A stretch of 63,907 bases of DNA, the filler included, from Choristocarpus tenellus KU-1152 (taxonomy: Eukaryota > Protista > Phaeophyceae): the NCBI GenBank assembly GCA_964200185.2. It is 11 parts of 11 records of this genome, joined end to end, with 100 filler letters (N's around TTAATTAATTAA, not from the genome) between each part and the next. Parts side by side here need not be neighbours in the genome. Positions count along the whole stretch, not along the records: positions 49,506 to 63,907 come from CAXNAD020001204.1; 10 more parts are not named here. One strand, 5' to 3'. Positions 61,577 to 63,907 of the stretch are shown here, one piece after another. The notes under the pieces were generated by a model. That model was given only the letters and a program-made list of their open reading frames with translations, ran no database searches and was not told the DNA's origin. Position numbers and translations under genes: made by a program. Numbering within the stretch: position 1 is the first letter of the stretch; the number at the start of each line of letters is the position of its first letter.

Positions 61577-63371
61577 ATTTTACAAGCAATGAGATCATTA
61601 TTGTCACCAGCGAGGCAATCTTATGTTACAGAGTGCTGAAGTTTCAAGATCACCCAAGGGTATAGGTGACGGCACAAGTGTGTTAGAAAAGATCATGCTT
61701 ACTAAGCCAAGGATTGGAATGTTGTGACACATACCTCTGCCCTCAAACCCCTCCAGCCTCAGAAGTAGGAAATTGCCCATCTGCTGCAGAGCAACCATGG
61801 ATAGAGTAGTATGTGATGCCATTGATGATTTGCAATACAAAAAAAATAGTTATTTGTAAAGTGCTCAACCTTGCTCACTGGAGCCATGTCACAAGGCCTA
61901 TGCTATCAAGACATCGTTGATAGTAGCTGACTTATCACTGGATGCAAAGCTGTGCATACCTGTAGAGCTATTGTCATACCAGACCAAATGCACATTTACC
62001 TGTGCATGATGTCATTTCCAGCCTCTTATCCTTCTCTCCAAGTAGTTAAAAAAGAGGAGACCATCTCTCAATATGGTTAATGTATTACAGAAAAGTGAAG
62101 ATATTGTCATCATTGTGTTGTGTAAAACAACGATCACATCAGGTAGGCCCAGGTACTCTTAATATCTACTTCACCCACCTACACTTGAGTTTTAAGGTGC
62201 CTATAACTGTTGTGTCTGAAAAAAACTTCACAAAACACTCAAATGGTGCTCCATCCCACCTCAAAAAGGCCAACACTTCGTGATTATAAAGCTTATCTCT
62301 TCTCTATGATAGTAGTCCTACCTGTCGTACCTGTCCCTCGACAAAGTACCTGCTCAGAGCATCTGTTTTAAAACTCCAGTCCATGGAGTCTCTTGTTCAT
62401 GCACATCTATTGCAAAAACTAAAAGATATGTGTTCATGTGTTCCACTGGTGGCAATGGTCCGTAGCATCCTTGGGGGGGGGGGAGGGTCAGGCGTCCATT
62501 TGGGGCCTAAGTGACCCTGCAGTGGTTTTCTTTTTATTTCATTGAATGTTAAATGTGTCAGATGTAAGGGTGCTTTCGTTCATCTGGATGCACCTCGCTT
62601 TCCCACCCCCCTGCCCCAAGCAAATCCAAACAAAAACCACACCCCAAAAAGGCACCAAACCTACCGATGTTAATCAGCACCCTAACCCTAAGCCCCAAAT
62701 GGATGACCTGGGCTAATAACCCCCACTACCCTCAAGGACATTACGGGCCAATAATCTACTCTGAGGACAAAATCCCATCTCCATATTTCTTGCCATCCTA
62801 CAGAGCACACAGCAAGCACTACATTACCATACACTCCGGACTAATCACTGATCACTGATCACTGATGATCTCTCTGAACATAGTCCAAAACAAAGTCTGA
62901 TAAAAATCAGGTACAACTTAAGGTCTTGTCCTTGCTGGGGTACTGATAACGGGAACACCCTCCTATTAATCACTGCAATCACTCCCATTCTACTGTTTGC
63001 AATTGGGCATTCAGACTACCTGAATTGAATGCCAGGTACTGCCGCCTTAAGGCCTACTCTTACTCACTCTTACTCACTCTTACTCCTCCTTCCAACAAAT
63101 ACTATCATCAGAGACCTCTCACCAATCACCTACCAACTGCTACAGTCAAGGTCAATCTACTACTGGAAAGAAAGCACGATGAGCAAATCCGTACTACAGG
63201 TGATTCTACTACTGGAAACAGACCCTCAACAGCTGATTCATTTTTTTTTAAAGTTTCAAAGCAAAGTTCGAGCATATACCCCCCCCACCCAGGTCAATTA
63301 GCCACAAACCAGGTTATAAAACAACTGAGCATTGCATGTATCATCAGTCTGTAACCCTAACCCTACTAATG

Positions 63372-63512
63372 CTATGGTACAGGGGGAGTCTCCATGCCAA
63401 AAAATTTGTGACTATTCCCCGCAGTCACACGAGATACTTCCTCCTCCGGTAGACTGAGACACCTGGCTAGCTCTCGCACTACTGCTGGGAGGGATGATGG
63501 TACATTGGGATT
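63372..63512 (-). CDS. tatD: TatD-family DNase, last exon
   Basis: attcAG|NPNVPSSLPAVVRELARCLSLPEEEVSRVTAGNSHKFFG..*, matching the TatD C-terminus N.P..l..V...lA.......eev...t..N...fF. Confidence 0.8.
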   Translation of the reverse strand, partial: NPNVPSSLPAVVRELARCLSLPEEEVSRVTAGNSHKFFGMETPPVP

Positions 63513-63907
63513 CTGAATGGGAGAAGTGGGAGGCAACAAAAGCAGCACACACATTTGCGTAGAGATGTCAAGGTAGAGATGTCAAGGTGGTGTTAACTTC
63601 ATGGGTGTTATGTTTGGTCCCCCTAGGTGATGAGGATGGCGTCATCAGGATAAGAATATTAGGGCTAGGGTTAGTGCTTTTGAAGGTTAAAACAGATATG
63701 TTACGTAAGCAATGTGCCCAGGGACACAGCAGTATTACAGTTACACCTTTTGTTACACCAAGCAAAAAGTATCACAATTGACACCATCAGTGATGGGTCA
63801 AAGTAAGAGGGGGGGGGGGGGGGGGGGGGGGGGGGTCCGTTTTTCCCCCTTTTTTTGTTTTTTATTTTTTTGGGGTGTTTTTGTGGCGCGGGGGGGGGTT
63901 GAAATGT

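Overview
This is not one continuous locus. It is 11 short eukaryotic contigs joined by artificial 100-nt spacers (N44-TTAATTAATTAA-N44). The long introns, TTAGGG repeats and RTE/CRE/IS630-type relics resemble brown-algal (Phaeophyceae-like stramenopile) DNA, which is an inference. Recognisable host gene fragments are gamma-tubulin complex component 2 (4 exons, one GC-AG intron), a ubiquitin-like-domain protein with a possible signal-peptide exon, the last exon of cytochrome c1 and the last exon of a TatD-family nuclease. Several spliced hypothetical genes are also present. Most of the rest is transposon debris: Copia (nested), RTE and CRE-type LINEs, PIF/Harbinger, two IS630/Tc1-like families, probable hAT and several foldback elements. 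The most notable signal is two abundant MITE families (A about 180 bp, B about 258 bp; about 24 copies or fragments) with unrelated interiors but a shared bipartite end: terminal G-N4-AAAGTATCT, a spacer, then GTCCATTTGG. The inner motif lies about 31-32 nt from one end and about 41-43 nt from the other, one helical turn apart and reminiscent of a 12/23 rule. TSDs are mostly 3 bp in A and mostly 4 bp in B. Two B copies show the same TTAG-to-TTAGGGTTAGGG change at opposite ends. No CRISPR array, rRNA or tRNA was recognised.
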